From positions 293,074,001-293,138,000 of the forward strand of contig OZ024742.1 in the NCBI GenBank assembly GCA_964016885.1: DNA of 64,000 nt, read 5' to 3'. The translations under genes and the position numbers were made by a program. The notes beneath the pieces are model-generated. The model did no database searches, was not told the DNA's origin, and saw only the letters and a list, made by a program, of their open reading frames with translations. How positions within the stretch are numbered: the stretch's first letter is position 1; every line of letters begins with the position of its first letter. Below, piece by piece: positions 1 to 15,010 of the stretch. This stretch comes from Eledone cirrhosa. Its lineage: Eukaryota.

Positions 1-153
1 GCCCAGTCCTATCATCTCATTTCTACAGCTGAGTAAACTGGAGCAATGTGAAATAAAGTGTCTTGCTCAAGGAAACAACACATCATCCCGGTCTGAGAAT
101 TGAACTCACAACCTTTCGATTGCTAGGCCAATGCTCTAACCACTAAGCCATGT
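1..153 (-). mobile_element. tRNA-derived SINE (family S1), 5' part, cut by window edge
   Basis: Minus strand reads acatggcttagtggttagagc (A box) ... gagttcaattct (B box), then ccttgagcaagacactttatttcacattgctccagt; same family at 1750, 18719, 34382 and 51854. Confidence 0.85.
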
Positions 154-171
154 ATATGTGTGTGTGTGTAC

Positions 172-224
<53 letters not shown>

Positions 225-227
<3 letters not shown>

Positions 228-363
228 TCGCACCAACGTGAGGTATATGATTTTTAATGCGATGAAATACCAATGATCGTTGGCAAATCACTGATGAGGG
301 ACTCATTTTATAATATGTAATCCATGTGCAACCATGCAGTATTCTTCTCCCCATATTTTTCAT
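225..363. repeat. Unclassified dispersed repeat between (TA)n tracts
   Basis: Close second copy at about 3141-3246 (gaaatacc...atcactgatg...ttcttctcccc). Confidence 0.6.
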
Positions 364-389
364 ATATATATATATACATATACATATAG

Positions 390-763
390 TAAAGATAGAA
401 AATAAACAAATAAATAAATATATAAACAGACTAAATAAAGATGGCGTAGAAAATACAATGCAACGGGAGGAAACAATACCACCACTGACGATGTTGCAGA
501 TGTGCAACGAAACAACTTTGATAGACTATATATATGTGTTTGCGTCTATATTGTATCTGTATTTTTGACCGTTGGTCAGTCAATGGCAACATTGAGGACC
601 GAATAAATTAAATTAACCGATATAAAAGACACAGAAGCGAAAACCAACCAAACAGTAAGTGTGTTCTGTTATTAATTCTGGCAATATTACACAAATATGA
701 CCCTCCCCAAGTATAACAATATTTGTTTTGACACACGATTTCATATCAAAAACCTCGCAAAAC
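390..763 (+). mobile_element. Solo pLTR/3' end of the Penelope-like element (Naiad-like family), with terminal tail
   Basis: Homologous to the 3' UTRs at 19337-19700 (-) and 22940-23275 (+) downstream of GIY-YIG ORFs; hammerhead-type core CTGACGA-t-GTTGCA-gatg-TGCAAC-GAAA at 485-512. Confidence 0.8.
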
Positions 764-978
764 TATATATATATATATAGTTACAATTTGTTTACTACTC
801 TCATTAATATTACTATTATATATATATATATACATAGAGAGAGGGAGAGAGAGAGCGAGAAAGAGGCAGACAGATAATATAATGGTGATCAGATTTCGTT
901 AGGGGAAATCGAAGACTATGTCAACATGCAATGGCACAAATGTAAACATTGTTAAATTCTGAGGAGCTGATTTACCAC

Positions 979-1145
979 CAGTGGCGGACTGGGTTTTAAA
1001 ATATTGGTTGCCAAGAGATGAAGGGGGCCCACCTACATATAGAATGCTAGCATTGGCCCCTAAAATACTACAGTGGGCCTTGTAATGCTAATGTGAGCCC
1101 CATGGAGCCCATTTGCCATTGGGCAACCTGGCAAGTCTACCACTG
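979..1145. mobile_element. hAT-type MITE
   Basis: Imperfect TIRs cagtggcggact / agtctaccactg; no clean TSD. Confidence 0.55.
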
Positions 1146-1160
1146 TATATATATATATAT

Positions 1161-1358
1161 ATATTTAATATAGAAATGGCTTCTACAGGGCTAGAACTGT
1201 TTCATTTGGGAGAAATCATCAGGAAGCCTGATGATTTCTTTTGAATAAAAGAGTTCTAGTCCTTTAGAAGCCATTTCTATATTAAATATTTATACTCTGC
1301 TATGTATTGAGTACCTTACTTACTGTGGTTACCCCCGATTGAACCCGGGATAAACTTA
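1161..1358. mobile_element. Mini-PLE: inverted pLTR pair (1161-1289) plus tail (1290-1358) in (TA)n
   Basis: Inverted arms visible directly; same family at 32836-32970; contains a hammerhead. Confidence 0.75.
1178..1228 (-). ncRNA. Type I hammerhead ribozyme
   Basis: GGCTTC-CTGATGA-tttctcccaaat-GAA-ACAG-ttctagcc-CTGT-A-GAAGCC: 6-bp stem I, 4-bp stem III, GUA site, weak stem II. Confidence 0.8.
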
Positions 1359-1749
1359 TATATATATATTATTGGAAATTGAGTTTTCCTATAGATCCCA
1401 TTGGACAAGCATTTCTAGATATTACTCACCTCTTCATTGGGAAACATGTGCCAGTTATGTAATAAATGTTAGTCCTTCAAGTGTGAAATGCTATGTTCAT
1501 GTTACTTATTATATTATATTATATATACTAGACCACCCATCAACCATTGAGTCACGTTCACCTAAAATTATTATTTTTAAATCCTGTTCACTTAAAAAGA
1601 ATATTTAAATAATTAAAATATACACAGACATGTATATAATGTAAAGTGAAATTGGAAGGCCCATATATATATATATGTGTGTGTGTATATATGTGTGTGT
1701 ATATATATGTGTGTATGTGTGTGTGTGTGCATACATATATATATATATC

Positions 1750-2059
1750 GAGGCACATGGCTTAGTGGTGAGAGCATTGGCCTTGCAATCGAAAGGTTGT
1801 GAGTTCAATTCTCAGACCGGGTGATGTGTTGTTTCCTTTGCACATTGTTCCAGTTTACTCAGCTGTAGAAAGGAGATGATAGGACTGAGGTCCCTATCAT
1901 TCCACTGTAAAGTAGACGTGTAGGCGCCACGGAAAAAAAATGCACCCAGCACTCACTGTAAATGAGGTTGGTGTTAGGAAGGGCATTCAGCTGTAGAAAT
2001 CAAGCCAGAATCAGTTCCCGTCCCACCCTTGCAAGCAGGGAAAAGCGGACGTAAAATGA
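1750..2059 (+). mobile_element. tRNA-derived SINE S1 with LINE-derived tail
   Basis: A/B boxes; tail ggttggtgttaggaagggcattcagctgtagaaatcaagccag matches the LINE 3' UTR at 10610-10655. Confidence 0.85.
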
Positions 2060-2499
2060 AATTAATATATATATATATGTGTGGCTGTTTGTGACCTATA
2101 TACACTGGTCACAGACACACACACACAAATATACATATACACACACAGACACATACACATATATATACACACACATATATATACGCAGCACCACCATCAG
2201 CTCTCTCTTCCCTTTTCTTTCTTTGTCTCCTTCTCTCTCTCTCTCTCTCTGTGTCTCTCTTTCCATCCACTTTGTCACAACCTCTATCTCTTTCTCTCTA
2301 TCTTTCTCTCTCTCTCTATTTATGAAGGTACCCGGAGAAATCCCATACCTCAGGAAACCGTGCTCCAATTTACATAAAACTTGTTTTATTCCATTTGTAT
2401 TCCCATTTCAGGGGCAACTTCCTTTCAAAGTATTTTCTCATTATGTGCCATTTTAGCAATATTAAATTACAGACAAGCACACAATCTCAGAATTTTAGT

Positions 2500-2558
<59 letters not shown>

Positions 2559-2563
<5 letters not shown>

Positions 2564-3088
2564 AATGAATATATGATAGGAATAAACACTAATACAAGTA
2601 TATAAGTGTTTGTATTGCAAATGACCAAGTTAGTCCCATAAAACCGGCTGCTATTTCTAGCGGCACGAGTATAGGACGGGCTAGACGCTGGGTCACATAT
2701 GCGTTCAACAACACATTTCTCTCAGTCTTCCTAAGTATTTTGAAGTGAAACTTACCAATTTCTGGATACCTGCAGAAGAGCAGGAATAGGAAATTTCACT
2801 TAATTGTTGCAAAACAAATTTAAAATTTGAAATTTAAATTTGTCCAGGTATCACGGCTATTGCCAACATAGGTTTGTTTTTATTGATTTATTATTTTAAA
2901 TCGAGACAGGCAAACTGTATTATTTTAATTAGTATTTTTCAATCTAGCTAACTTAGTCATTTGCAATACAAACACTTGTATATTTATATGTGTTTATCCC
3001 TATCATATATTCATTTGTATTACACGGCTCAGAAATATCCCTTTCTTTGAGCTATTTAATTGTAAAAGACTATTTGAGTTTATAACTC

Positions 3089-3089
<1 letters not shown>
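2559..3089. mobile_element. Inverted-repeat insert with one-sided tail in (TA)n (probable PLE pLTR remnant)
   Basis: Imperfect arms 2559-2633 and 2948-3020; tail 3021-3089; (TA)n on both sides. Confidence 0.6.
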
Positions 3090-3143
<54 letters not shown>

Positions 3144-3241
3144 GCAATGAAATACCTATGACCGTTGGTAAATCACTGATGGGGGACTCATTTTATAACA
3201 TGTTATCCATGTGCAACCATGCAGTATTCTTCTCCCCATTT

Positions 3242-3283
<42 letters not shown>

Positions 3284-3284
3284 G

Positions 3285-3350
<66 letters not shown>

Positions 3351-3358
3351 TGTATGTA

Positions 3359-3391
<33 letters not shown>

Positions 3392-3793
3392 ATTTATATT
3401 TATATTTATATATATTTATATTTATATATATATATATATATATTTAATAATAATTTTTCTGCTTTTGGCACGGATCCAGCGACTGGCCAGCGCATCACTG
3501 GTACTCTCTTTTGTTGACTCCGTGGAGAGCCATAACTCTATGCTGTAAAGCAATTATAGTAATACTGGACTGTAATACGATCGGCTTCAACTATACAAAC
3601 TCTTGAAAGTCAACAGTTGACATAATCTGGTAATCTTGTATCAGTAATGACGGTAATATATATATATATATGTGTGTGTGTGCGTGTAAGTGAGTAGAGT
3701 AGCGTGTGTGTGTGTTTGTTGTGTGTGTGAGTGTTGCTGTGTGCACGCATATGTATGCGTGTGTGTATGTCGTACGTATAAGTGTCAATAAGT

Positions 3794-3826
<33 letters not shown>

Positions 3827-3828
<2 letters not shown>

Positions 3829-4129
3829 GCGGGGACATAGAAATAATCGGGCTGGATGCCCGATCGCGCAGTTAAACCACTGGGAGTGAAGAACCCCTAG
3901 CCCATGTCAGGGTATTCTTCTAGGAGAAGGCATCTCAGGAAACTGGGTTAACTCCGATATAAAACCTGCGGCTCAGTAGTTACCGATGATGTTGATCTTT
4001 TCTTCTTTTCGGGTTATAGCTACTGTCGCTCAGAGAGTGGGATTGGTTCAGTGCACAGTCTTTCCTCACTTTAAAAATATTCGTCACGCACAGGCATTGC
4101 ACGAGTGCATTAATAATTATTAATAGTGT

Positions 4130-4164
<35 letters not shown>

Positions 4165-7100
4165 TATTATTATTTTTTTTTTTTTTTTTTTTTTTTCTCC
4201 CCGTTTTTTTTTTTTTTTTTTTACCAATTCAATGATGTTCCAGAACAATGTAAACGAGATAATTGCCAATTTGGGTTCTGGAACAAAAAAGATCATTGGC
4301 AATAAGGGCAGGGGCCCCAAGTTATCACAACCTGGGCCCGCCCGTCATCGTGCCATTGTAATAGAGCCAAACAGGGCATTTAGTCTTGGCTGCTGGAACG
4401 TACGGACGCTGCTTGACAGGGATTCTTTGGAGCGTCCTGAACGAAGGACCGCTCTTGTTGCGAAGGAGCTTCGACGTTACGATCTTGACATCGTGGCTTT
4501 GTCTGAGACGAGGTTAGCTGGAGATGGTCATCTTACGGAATTTTGTGGAGAATATACATTCTTCTGGAAAGGAAGAGATGAAGGAACCAGAAGAGAGGCT
4601 GGGGTAGGATTTGCTGTTAAGACTGTACTGGTGAATAAATTGGAAGAATTCCCAGTGGGGATTAGTGAGCGTCTTATGTCCATGAGAGTTCCGCTGGACA
4701 AGGGAAGATATGCTACCCTGGTGAGTGTGTATGCTCCAACTATGAATTCTGTCGATGAAGAAAAACTGTCCTTTTACCATGCCTTGAAAGGTGTTTTAAG
4801 AAATATCCCTCAGGCAGACAAAGTCATCGTGCTTGGTGACTTTAATGCTAGAGTGGGTAGGGATTTTAACACATGGAATGTAATCGGAAGGCATGGGGTG
4901 GGAAAGTGTAACAGCAATGGTATGCTCTTGCTGCAGATGTGTGAGGAGCTGGATCTGTGTGTTACCAACACCATGTTCCAACAAAAGAACAAATTCAAGA
5001 CCACATGGATGCATCCTGCATCTAAGGAATGGCATCTTTTGGACTACGTCCTAGTCAGGATGCGTGACAGACAGGATGTGCGGTGTGTTCGTGTTCTTCG
5101 TGGAGCTGAGTGCTGGACGGACCACCGCCTGGTACGCGCAAAAGTGAATCTAATCACCAAACGTAAAATCCGGGCTCCTGGTGTTACCCTGCCCAAAAGA
5201 TTGAATGCTGCTCGTCTTAAGGATAAAAATGTGAAGAGGACATTGGAAGAAGAGATGCAGGCTGCAGATCTTGGTGAGGATTGGCCGACCCTTAAAAAGT
5301 CGGTTTATGATGTAGGCAGACGTGTTCTGGGATTGGTGCAGAGAAAACATCAGGACTGGTTTAATGAGAAAGATGTGCATATAGATGACTTGTTGGCTGA
5401 TAAGAGGCGCGCTCTGTCACGCTACTTGACGGCAAGACCACAGGAGAGGAATACGTTGCATGAGGAGCTCAGGGATGTAAAATCACGTGTTAGGCGGAGT
5501 CTTTCTCAGATGAAGGATCAGTGGTGGAGTGAGAAGGCTGGTGAGATACAAACTGCGTCTGATTGCAATAACACAAAGCTGTTGTACAGTCTCTTGCGTG
5601 AGGTTTATGGACCGTCTTCTTCTCTGGTGACACCGATTCGCAGCAAGGATGGCAAAGAACTTCTTCGTGACTCACAGGGAATTCTACGAAGGTGGCGGGA
5701 GCACTTTGATGATCTTTTGAATCAGCCGTCTGTCGTCAGTGAAGATTTCCTCAATCTCATTCCGGAAAGTCCTGTGAAAGTAGCTCTCGCAGAGCCTCCG
5801 ACACTTGTGGAGGTTGCAGTGGCTATTTCGAAGCTGAACAGTGGAAGATCTCCAGGTATGGATGGCATACATGCTGAGCTCCTACAATATGGTGGTGAGA
5901 GACTCCTGCAACATCTTCACTCTCTGTTTGGAAGGATATGGGCTAATGAATCCGTGCCTGAGGACTGGAGAGATGCAGTAATGGTGGTCTTGTACAAGGG
6001 AAAGGGTAACAGGAATGATTGTGGGAACTACAGAGGTATATCATTGCTTTCTGTCGTGGGGAAAGTTTTATGTAGGGTGCTTCTGGACCGTCTGCTGACA
6101 CACATTGCAGATTGTGTCCTTCCTGAAAGTCAATCTGGTTTTCGTGTTGGACGCGGCACTACTGATATGATCTTCTCAGCTAGACAGCTCCAGGAGAAGT
6201 GCATTGAACAGGGCTTGGATCTGTATCAGGTTTTTGTCGATCTGACAAAGGCTTTCGATACTGTCAACAGAGATGCATTATGGAAGGTTCTCCAGAAACT
6301 TGGTTGCCCTGATAAGTTCCTTGCTTTAGTTAGGTCTTTCCATGACGACATGAAGGCTTGGGTTAATGTCGGAGGTAACATGTCGGAGCCTATCTCAGTA
6401 AAAAATGGAGTGAAACAGGGGGATATTCCAGCACCGACCCTGTTTGCCATATACTTTGCAATGGTTTTCTGTATTGCATTCAGGAATTGCGAGCATGGTG
6501 TTTACATCCGATATCGAACCTCAGGCAGCATATTTAACATCAGGCGCTTTGCTGCGAAGACAAAAGTATTTACATCAGTCATAAGAGACCTCTTGTATGC
6601 AGATGATTGCGATCTTGTAGCGCACACAGAGAGTGATATGCAGCACATTTTGAATGTATTTTCTGACGCTTGCACTGCCCTGGGTTTGACTGTCAGTCTC
6701 AAGAAAACCGTCGTCATGTACCAACCTGCACCTGGTAGGCAGTACACTGAACCAAACATCTATGTGTATGGCAAACGACTTGGAGTGGTTGATCAGTTTG
6801 TCTACCTGGGAAGCACTGTCAATCGATACGGCAACCTTGACAGTGAAATCTCACTTAGGATTAGGAAAGCAAGTGATGCTTTCGGAAAGCTAGAAAGGCG
6901 ACTCTGGGGTCGGCGAGACATATGCAGGAGGACAAAGGTAAAGGTGTACAGGGCATGTGTACTCTCTTGTCTTCTTTATGCCTGCGAGACCTGGGTCACA
7001 TATCGACGCCACCTTAAGCAATTGGAGCGTTTCCATCAGATGTGTCTCAGACGGATACATGGCGTTCGCTGGAGGGACCACATCAGTGATGTCGAGATTT

Positions 7101-7785
7101 TGGAAAGCTCTATGTGTGACAGTATAGAAGCTCTTGTGCTTAAGCAGCGACTCCGTTGGAGTGGTCACCTTGCCAGGATGAAGGATTCTAGAATACCAAA
7201 ACAACTCTTCTATGGAGAGTTGGTTAAAGGAAAACGACCGCCACATAAACCAAAAAAGAGGTATAAGGATTCCTTGAAGGCCTCTCTGAAAGACGCTAAC
7301 ATCTCTGCTGATACATGGGAAAATATTGCTGCTGATCGTAATAAATGGAGAAAGACTGTATATGAGGGAAAAGTTGCCTTTGAGGCATCTCGAATCGCAC
7401 ACGAGAAAGTAAAGCGGGACGTGAGGAAGGGTATTGCTGTTGCACTTCCAGACGGCGAGGGTCCTCCTATGTTTCTGACATGCAGCGTCTGTGCGAGACT
7501 CTGCCTAAGCAAAGCTGGACTCGAAAGTCATCTTCGCAGTCATAAAGTAAGACCAGTGGTTGACTACCAGGCTGCTGTTGGAGATGCTACTCATCATGCT
7601 TGCCAAACATGTGGTAGATAATGTAAATCAGCAGGAGGACTCAAGCGACATGCAAAAGTACACGAACTCCAACCACAGCCGACTATTCCCAGTAAATGTT
7701 TTGGTTGCCGACTCTGTGCAAGACATTTTGGATCATTGGCTGGGCTAAAAAGCCACATTCGATCGCAGCACTGTTAGTTGCTATC

Positions 7786-7825
<40 letters not shown>

Positions 7826-7904
7826 GCTTATGTGCGTGCGTGTGTGTGTATATATATATGAATATGTATATTATTATTGTTGTTGTCGTTATTATTATTA
7901 TTGC

Positions 7905-7947
<43 letters not shown>

Positions 7948-8010
7948 TTTTTTTTTTTTTTTTTTTTTTATTGTGCAATGGCCATACTCGATAACGAGGG
8001 GGCAGCCATC
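3827..8010 (+). mobile_element. Near full-length RTE-clade LINE (family R1)
   Basis: 5' UTR with RTE-type ctaggagaagg...aactccgatataaaacc motif; single EN-RT ORF; 3' terminus ggccatactcgataacgagggggcagccatc followed by (TA)n. Confidence 0.9.
4232..7777 (+). CDS. RTE ORF: APE endonuclease + reverse transcriptase + three C2H2 fingers, one in-frame TAA at 7619-7621
   Basis: CWNVRTL, ALSETR, VYAPT, LGDFNA, LDYV and TDH (APE); YRGISLL, FVDLTKAFD, GVKQG and LYADD (RT); frame continues past the stop through two more CxxC..H..H motifs to TAG at 7775-7777. Confidence 0.92.
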
Positions 8011-8970
<960 letters not shown>

Positions 8971-10777
8971 ACTAGAAGGGGCCATACCAAAAGATTGGTG
9001 CAGTAGCATCATTGTCAACTGCTACAAAGGTAAAGGCGATGCACTAGATAGAGGAAACTATAGAGGTATAAAGCTGACGGACCAGGTCATGAAAGTAACA
9101 GAAAGAGTTATAGCACAGCTGATTAGGGACCGGGTGAATATAGACGAGATGCAATTTGGGTTTGTACCAGGAAGAGGCACCACTGATGCCCTCTTCCTTG
9201 TGAGGCAATTACTGGAAAAGTACCTAGCTAAAAGTAAGCCACTCTACTTGGCATTTGTTGACCTTGAGAAAGCCTTGACAGAGTTCCACGTGCTGTAATC
9301 TGGTGGGCTCTTAGAAAACTAGGAGTAGATGAATGGCTTGTGAAAGCGGTACAAGCCATGTATAGGGGAGCAGTCAGCAAAGTTAGGATTAGCAATGAGT
9401 ATAGCGAGGAATTTTAGCGCACAGGTTGGGGTCCACCAGGGCTCTGTTCTTAGCCCTCTCCTGTTCATCATAGTCCTGCAGGCAATAACGGAGGAGTTTA
9501 AGCCCATGGGAACTCCTGTATGCTGATGACCTTGCACTCATAGCTGAATCTATGGTAGAACTAGAGAATAAATTCCAAACCTGGAAGCAGGGACTAGAGA
9601 GCAAGGGTCTCAAAGTCAACATGACAAAGGACTAAGGTCCTTGTAAGTAGACGAGAAAACAGAACCCAGATCCCCTCAGGGAAATGGCCTTGCTCAGTAT
9701 GTAGGAAAGGTGTAGGTAGGAACTCCATTCTCTGCTCCAAATGCAAACAATGGGTACACAAGAGATGTAGCGGGATCTCAGGAAGCTTAATTAAGAATGT
9801 AGGATTCACATGGCAGCAGCTGTGCTGAACAGCAAGCAGCAAAACAGCCACAGGAAACAAGTACCACCAATCTCTGGGAGGGCCCTGTAGAAACAGTAGA
9901 CAGCTTCTGCTACCTAGGTGACCGAATTAGCAGCGGAGGTGGGTGTTCAGAAAGTACAATAACTAGGGTAAGAACGGGATGGAAGAAGTTTAGGGAACTA
10001 CTACCACTGCTAGCTGCAAAAGGCTTCTCCCTCAGAATGAAAGGCAGACTGTATGATGCGTGTATCCGAATAGCGATGTTGCAAGGTAGTGAGACCTGGG
10101 CGCTGAAGGTGCAAGACTTACGTAGATTAGAGAGAAACGAAGCCTGCATGCTCCGATGGATGTGTAACAGTAATATATGCGAACGACAAAGCATAAATGA
10201 ATTGAGAGAGAGACTGAGCATAAGAGGAATCAAATGCTGTGTGCAGGAGAGGCGGTTGCGCTGGTATGGACATGTGATGCGTATGAAGGATGACAGCTGC
10301 ATAAAAAGGTGCAGAGCACTAGAAGTTGATGGAAACCGCGGAGTGGGGAGACCCAAGATGACCTGGGATGAGGTGATAAAAGCCGACCTTACCCAATTAC
10401 ACCTCTCAAAGACAATGACACACGACCGTGACTTCTGGCGTCACGCAGTAATACAGAGTACCCGACCTCCCATGGGTACATGCTGAAGCATATAAACAAC
10501 CCCCACCGCAAGGTGGTCGTGGAGGTGCCACGGCAAAAAAGCACCCAGCCCACACTGTAAAGTGGACGTGTAGACGCCACGAAAAAGCACCCAGCACTCA
10601 CTGTAAATGAGGTTGGTGTTAGGAAGGGCATCCAGCTGTAGAAATCAAGCCAGATCAGTTCCTGTATGAGCAAGGCATGGTCAGCCGACCAGACACTGCA
10701 CACAACAGGACAACCCGTCTAACCCATGCTAGCGTGGAAGAACGGACGTAAAACAGTGATGATGATGATGATGATGA
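8971..10777 (+). mobile_element. 5'-truncated, frameshifted RTE-like LINE (family R2, subfamily A)
   Basis: NYRGIKL, FVDLEKA, GVHQGS and LLYADD motifs across frames; PHD-like insert about 9690-9825; 3' UTR ending in (GAT)n. Confidence 0.9.
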
Positions 10778-10971
10778 TATATATATATTCTATATATCTA
10801 GTGACGATGTCACGTGATTGATTCTTTTTGAATTTGCCACCGACGCAGTAGGCAGTGATTTTCTCAATGGCTAGGAATTCAGTCCACGCTTTGCTATTTT
10901 CTATCCACTGAATTATTTTTGTATAAGTTCCCAGAGTCCACGCTTTGCCTGGAAACTTAGCTGAGAATAGA

Positions 10972-11050
10972 TTTCCCGACGACGAAAGGATTCTCTATAT
11001 TTTCTTCGGAAAGTATATTTATTCCCTTTCAGAAACTAATTAGTTGGAAG
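10972..11050 (+). ncRNA. Degenerate hammerhead in a probable PLE pLTR remnant
   Basis: tttc-CCGACGA-c-gaaagg...cctttc-a-GAA-ACTAATTAGT-T-ggaa; palindromic stem III; U4>C change. Confidence 0.5.
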
Positions 11051-11102
11051 TGAAATTTTAGTAAGTAAGTTAATTTTATAATTTTCTTATTTGACGTCTC
11101 TC

Positions 11103-11135
<33 letters not shown>

Positions 11136-11141
11136 TATGGA

Positions 11142-11311
<170 letters not shown>

Positions 11312-11438
11312 CATATATATATACATATATTGTTATACTTTGGGAGGGTCATGTTGCCAATAAGAAACACACGCACAAGTTGCTTTCACTTCAATTTATT
11401 ATAATAAATTTATAAATTTAGGAATATGTGTATATATA

Positions 11439-11557
<119 letters not shown>

Positions 11558-11624
11558 ATATATATGTATATATATATATATATGTATGTATATATATATG
11601 TATATATAATATATACATGTATAT

Positions 11625-11830
11625 CATCATCATCATCATTTTCGTTTAACGTCCATCTTCCACGCTAGCATGAGTTAGACGGGAGTTGTCCCACTTGAGG
11701 CAAGGTTGGTCGGGTGACCGAGTCTCTCTCATAATGGACTATCTGGCAGGTTTTCTACGGCTGGATGTTGTGGTACCAACTTTACAGAGAGAGTGTGGTG
11801 TTGGTGGGAGTGGGAGGATAGGGTAGGGGT
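11625..11830 (-). mobile_element. R2-family 3' UTR/tail fragment
   Basis: (CAT)n-cgtttaacgtcc...cacgctagcatg...cccacttgaggcaagg matches R2 3' ends. Confidence 0.7.
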
Positions 11831-11831
11831 A

Positions 11832-12201
<370 letters not shown>

Positions 12202-13044
12202 AATGAAGTAATTCCGTCGGAAAAGTTCAGGAAAAAAGAATGCTCTATGTAGGTAACAGAGCTTAATAGTTATGTAATAAACAACATAAGGCAATTATTT
12301 CATTTACTAGTGGTTTCTTAAAAGCAAACAAATTTTGCTTTCAATCATCCGAATGAAAAAATCGTGGAGTATTTATTGACATTGGATTTTAAAAACAAAA
12401 ATGTAATCTATATGAAAGTGAGGCTGGAAAAGGAAGAAGGAAAGGAAAAATAAAATAAAAACACACATGCCAACACACACACACACACAATTATATACAT
12501 ACACACATATACATACACACACACATATATGTGTATATATATATATACATACACATACACACATACACACATAAATATCAACATATCCATACATACATAT
12601 ACATATATACAACCACACACATATATATATATATATGCATACACATACATATACATAGCCATACACACATACATATACATACATACACACAATCATACGT
12701 ATATATACACACGTACATACACACATATATATACATGGATACATACGCATGCACAAAAATAGAAATATATACACACACCTCTACATACTCACACACACAA
12801 ATAAATATAAGAAAAAATATATATAAAAATAAAAAACATTAAAAAAATAAAGACTATTATAATGTTGACAGCGATACAGGCAACAAATAAATGAACAAAC
12901 ACACGTGGTAAGCAATACACACACATGCACGTACACATACATACACATACTCTCACACATAAATATACATATACAAATACATATACTCATACATACGCAT
13001 ACACAAATACATACACACACACACACATATACATATACATATAT

Positions 13045-13097
<53 letters not shown>

Positions 13098-13252
13098 GAT
13101 ATATATAGATATATATACACACAAATACATACATAGCCATTCAATTATACACATACATATCACAAACACGTACATACAAATACAAACACACACATATATA
13201 TATGTGTGTAAAACTCATTCTTAGATAATTCATATGAACCTTATTTAACTCT

Positions 13253-13317
<65 letters not shown>

Positions 13318-14347
13318 ATTTGGAGATCATTGATTTGGAGGTCTGACTCTTCTTATAGAATGTTCAGGTGTGGTACTCCATAATAGAAGGTAATCATCCT
13401 GATATGAACACCTTTAGTACTTCTTAATAGACTACACTGTAATTTATAGATAAGTAACCTAATTTAGAAATTGGTTATAACCTCATATGATAGGGACTCA
13501 TTTGAAACACCATTAATGTAATTTAGGATAATAAATTTAACTATGAATATCAGCTAATTACCTCCCTTACGCATTAACTCCCCTTACGCATTAACTCCCC
13601 TTAGTCACACACACACTTCCGGAATATACAATGTAATCTCACACAACTAAAACAACCTGATCTATTAATTAAGAAACGACAAGATATGGTTTATAACTTG
13701 GCTCTTCAGACACCCAATGCTGAATCATCGTGGATTGTGTGATAGACCTGTAGTCTATATATTGCGTTTCATGGATTGTGTGAGTGGCGGTGTGTGCGAA
13801 GACAGTGGTGCTGTTTTGCCTATTTTATAATATGTTTTGTGATATGTTTGATATTTTTAATATTTTGGTGTTTCTCTACATTCGGGATTGTATATCATAC
13901 AGGTGTATGCGAAAAAATGATTTAACAATACGGCCCACATGATACTATTGATTGCCTGCTTTAACTGCCTGATTCTACAAGTAACAATCTGCCGCACTCT
14001 AATCCTGTATAAATAAGACACGCGTGCATGCTACACGTGAGATTGTTTCATACACTGACTACTCTAAACTTTCCTCTTGCTTTATCTTCATAAACTGCCA
14101 ATGTTTTATTTTTATTTTTATTTTAATTTTAATTTATATTTTTATTTTAATCCTTTAACCTTTATATGTAAATTGCCATGCTATATCATTATGATGGATG
14201 TCAACCCACTGTGGGTCAATATATGCATATGTTTTTATGTCTCTTGTGTTGAAAGGGAGGTCAAGTATGTTATAGATCACTAAATAGTTGCTCCGAAGAA
14301 TCCAAACCTCGGTTTGGAGGATTTAAACTGAACTTTGATTATTGTAA

Positions 14348-14381
<34 letters not shown>

Positions 14382-14455
14382 CATACACATACATACATAC
14401 TCACATACACATATATACCTACACACACATATATACATACACATACGTATGCATA

Positions 14456-14509
<54 letters not shown>

Positions 14510-14911
14510 TATATAACTCAATATATATATGAGAAAGAACATAAATATTATAAAATAAATATTGTATATATAAAAAAATATATATTTAGAAAAGGGTATA
14601 AATGCTTATAGCAGATTTAGAGCACTCAACAAATTCCCGGAGTAAAAGATCAATGAAAATAATCATTAAATCACTATATGTAATGATGTATATACATACA
14701 TACACCCTTATACTTATATACATATACACACACACATACACATATATATACATACACACACAAAAACACAACCACAGAAATACACACACATACAATTACG
14801 TATATATACATATATATATATATATATATACATACACACATAGGAAAAAGTCTGACCCTACGGCAGAGCTCAAGCCTTTTCTGAGGCTATTATATATATA
14901 TTATATATAAA

Positions 14912-15010
14912 GGCCGAGGTTGACTTTGTCTTTCATCCTTACGGGGTCGATAAAATAAAGTACTAGTAATGCACTGGGTAATAGCTGGCCTTGTGCCTAA
15001 AGTAGAAACA
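14912..15010 (+). mobile_element. 5'-truncated Nin-domain SINE (family S2) with 12-bp TSD
   Basis: ggccgaggttgactttgtctttcatccttacggggtcgataaaataaagtac; attatatataaa at 14900-14911 and 15011-15022; absent from the paralogous arm. Confidence 0.85.

Noticed and set aside
255-355. Hammerhead in the 225-363 / 3141-3246 repeat
   Set aside because: CTGATGA and GAAA are present but cannot be arranged with three stems.
1750-1820. tRNA gene
   Set aside because: A/B boxes run into a SINE body, the sequence is multi-copy, and there is no proper acceptor stem.
3455-3560. HDV-like ribozyme upstream of the R1 LINE
   Set aside because: cacgga/tccgtg pairs, but P2, P3 and J4/2 could not be assigned.
4514-7512. 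Antisense ORFs overlapping LINE coding regions
   Set aside because: Shadow ORFs of the true reading frame, with no independent motifs.
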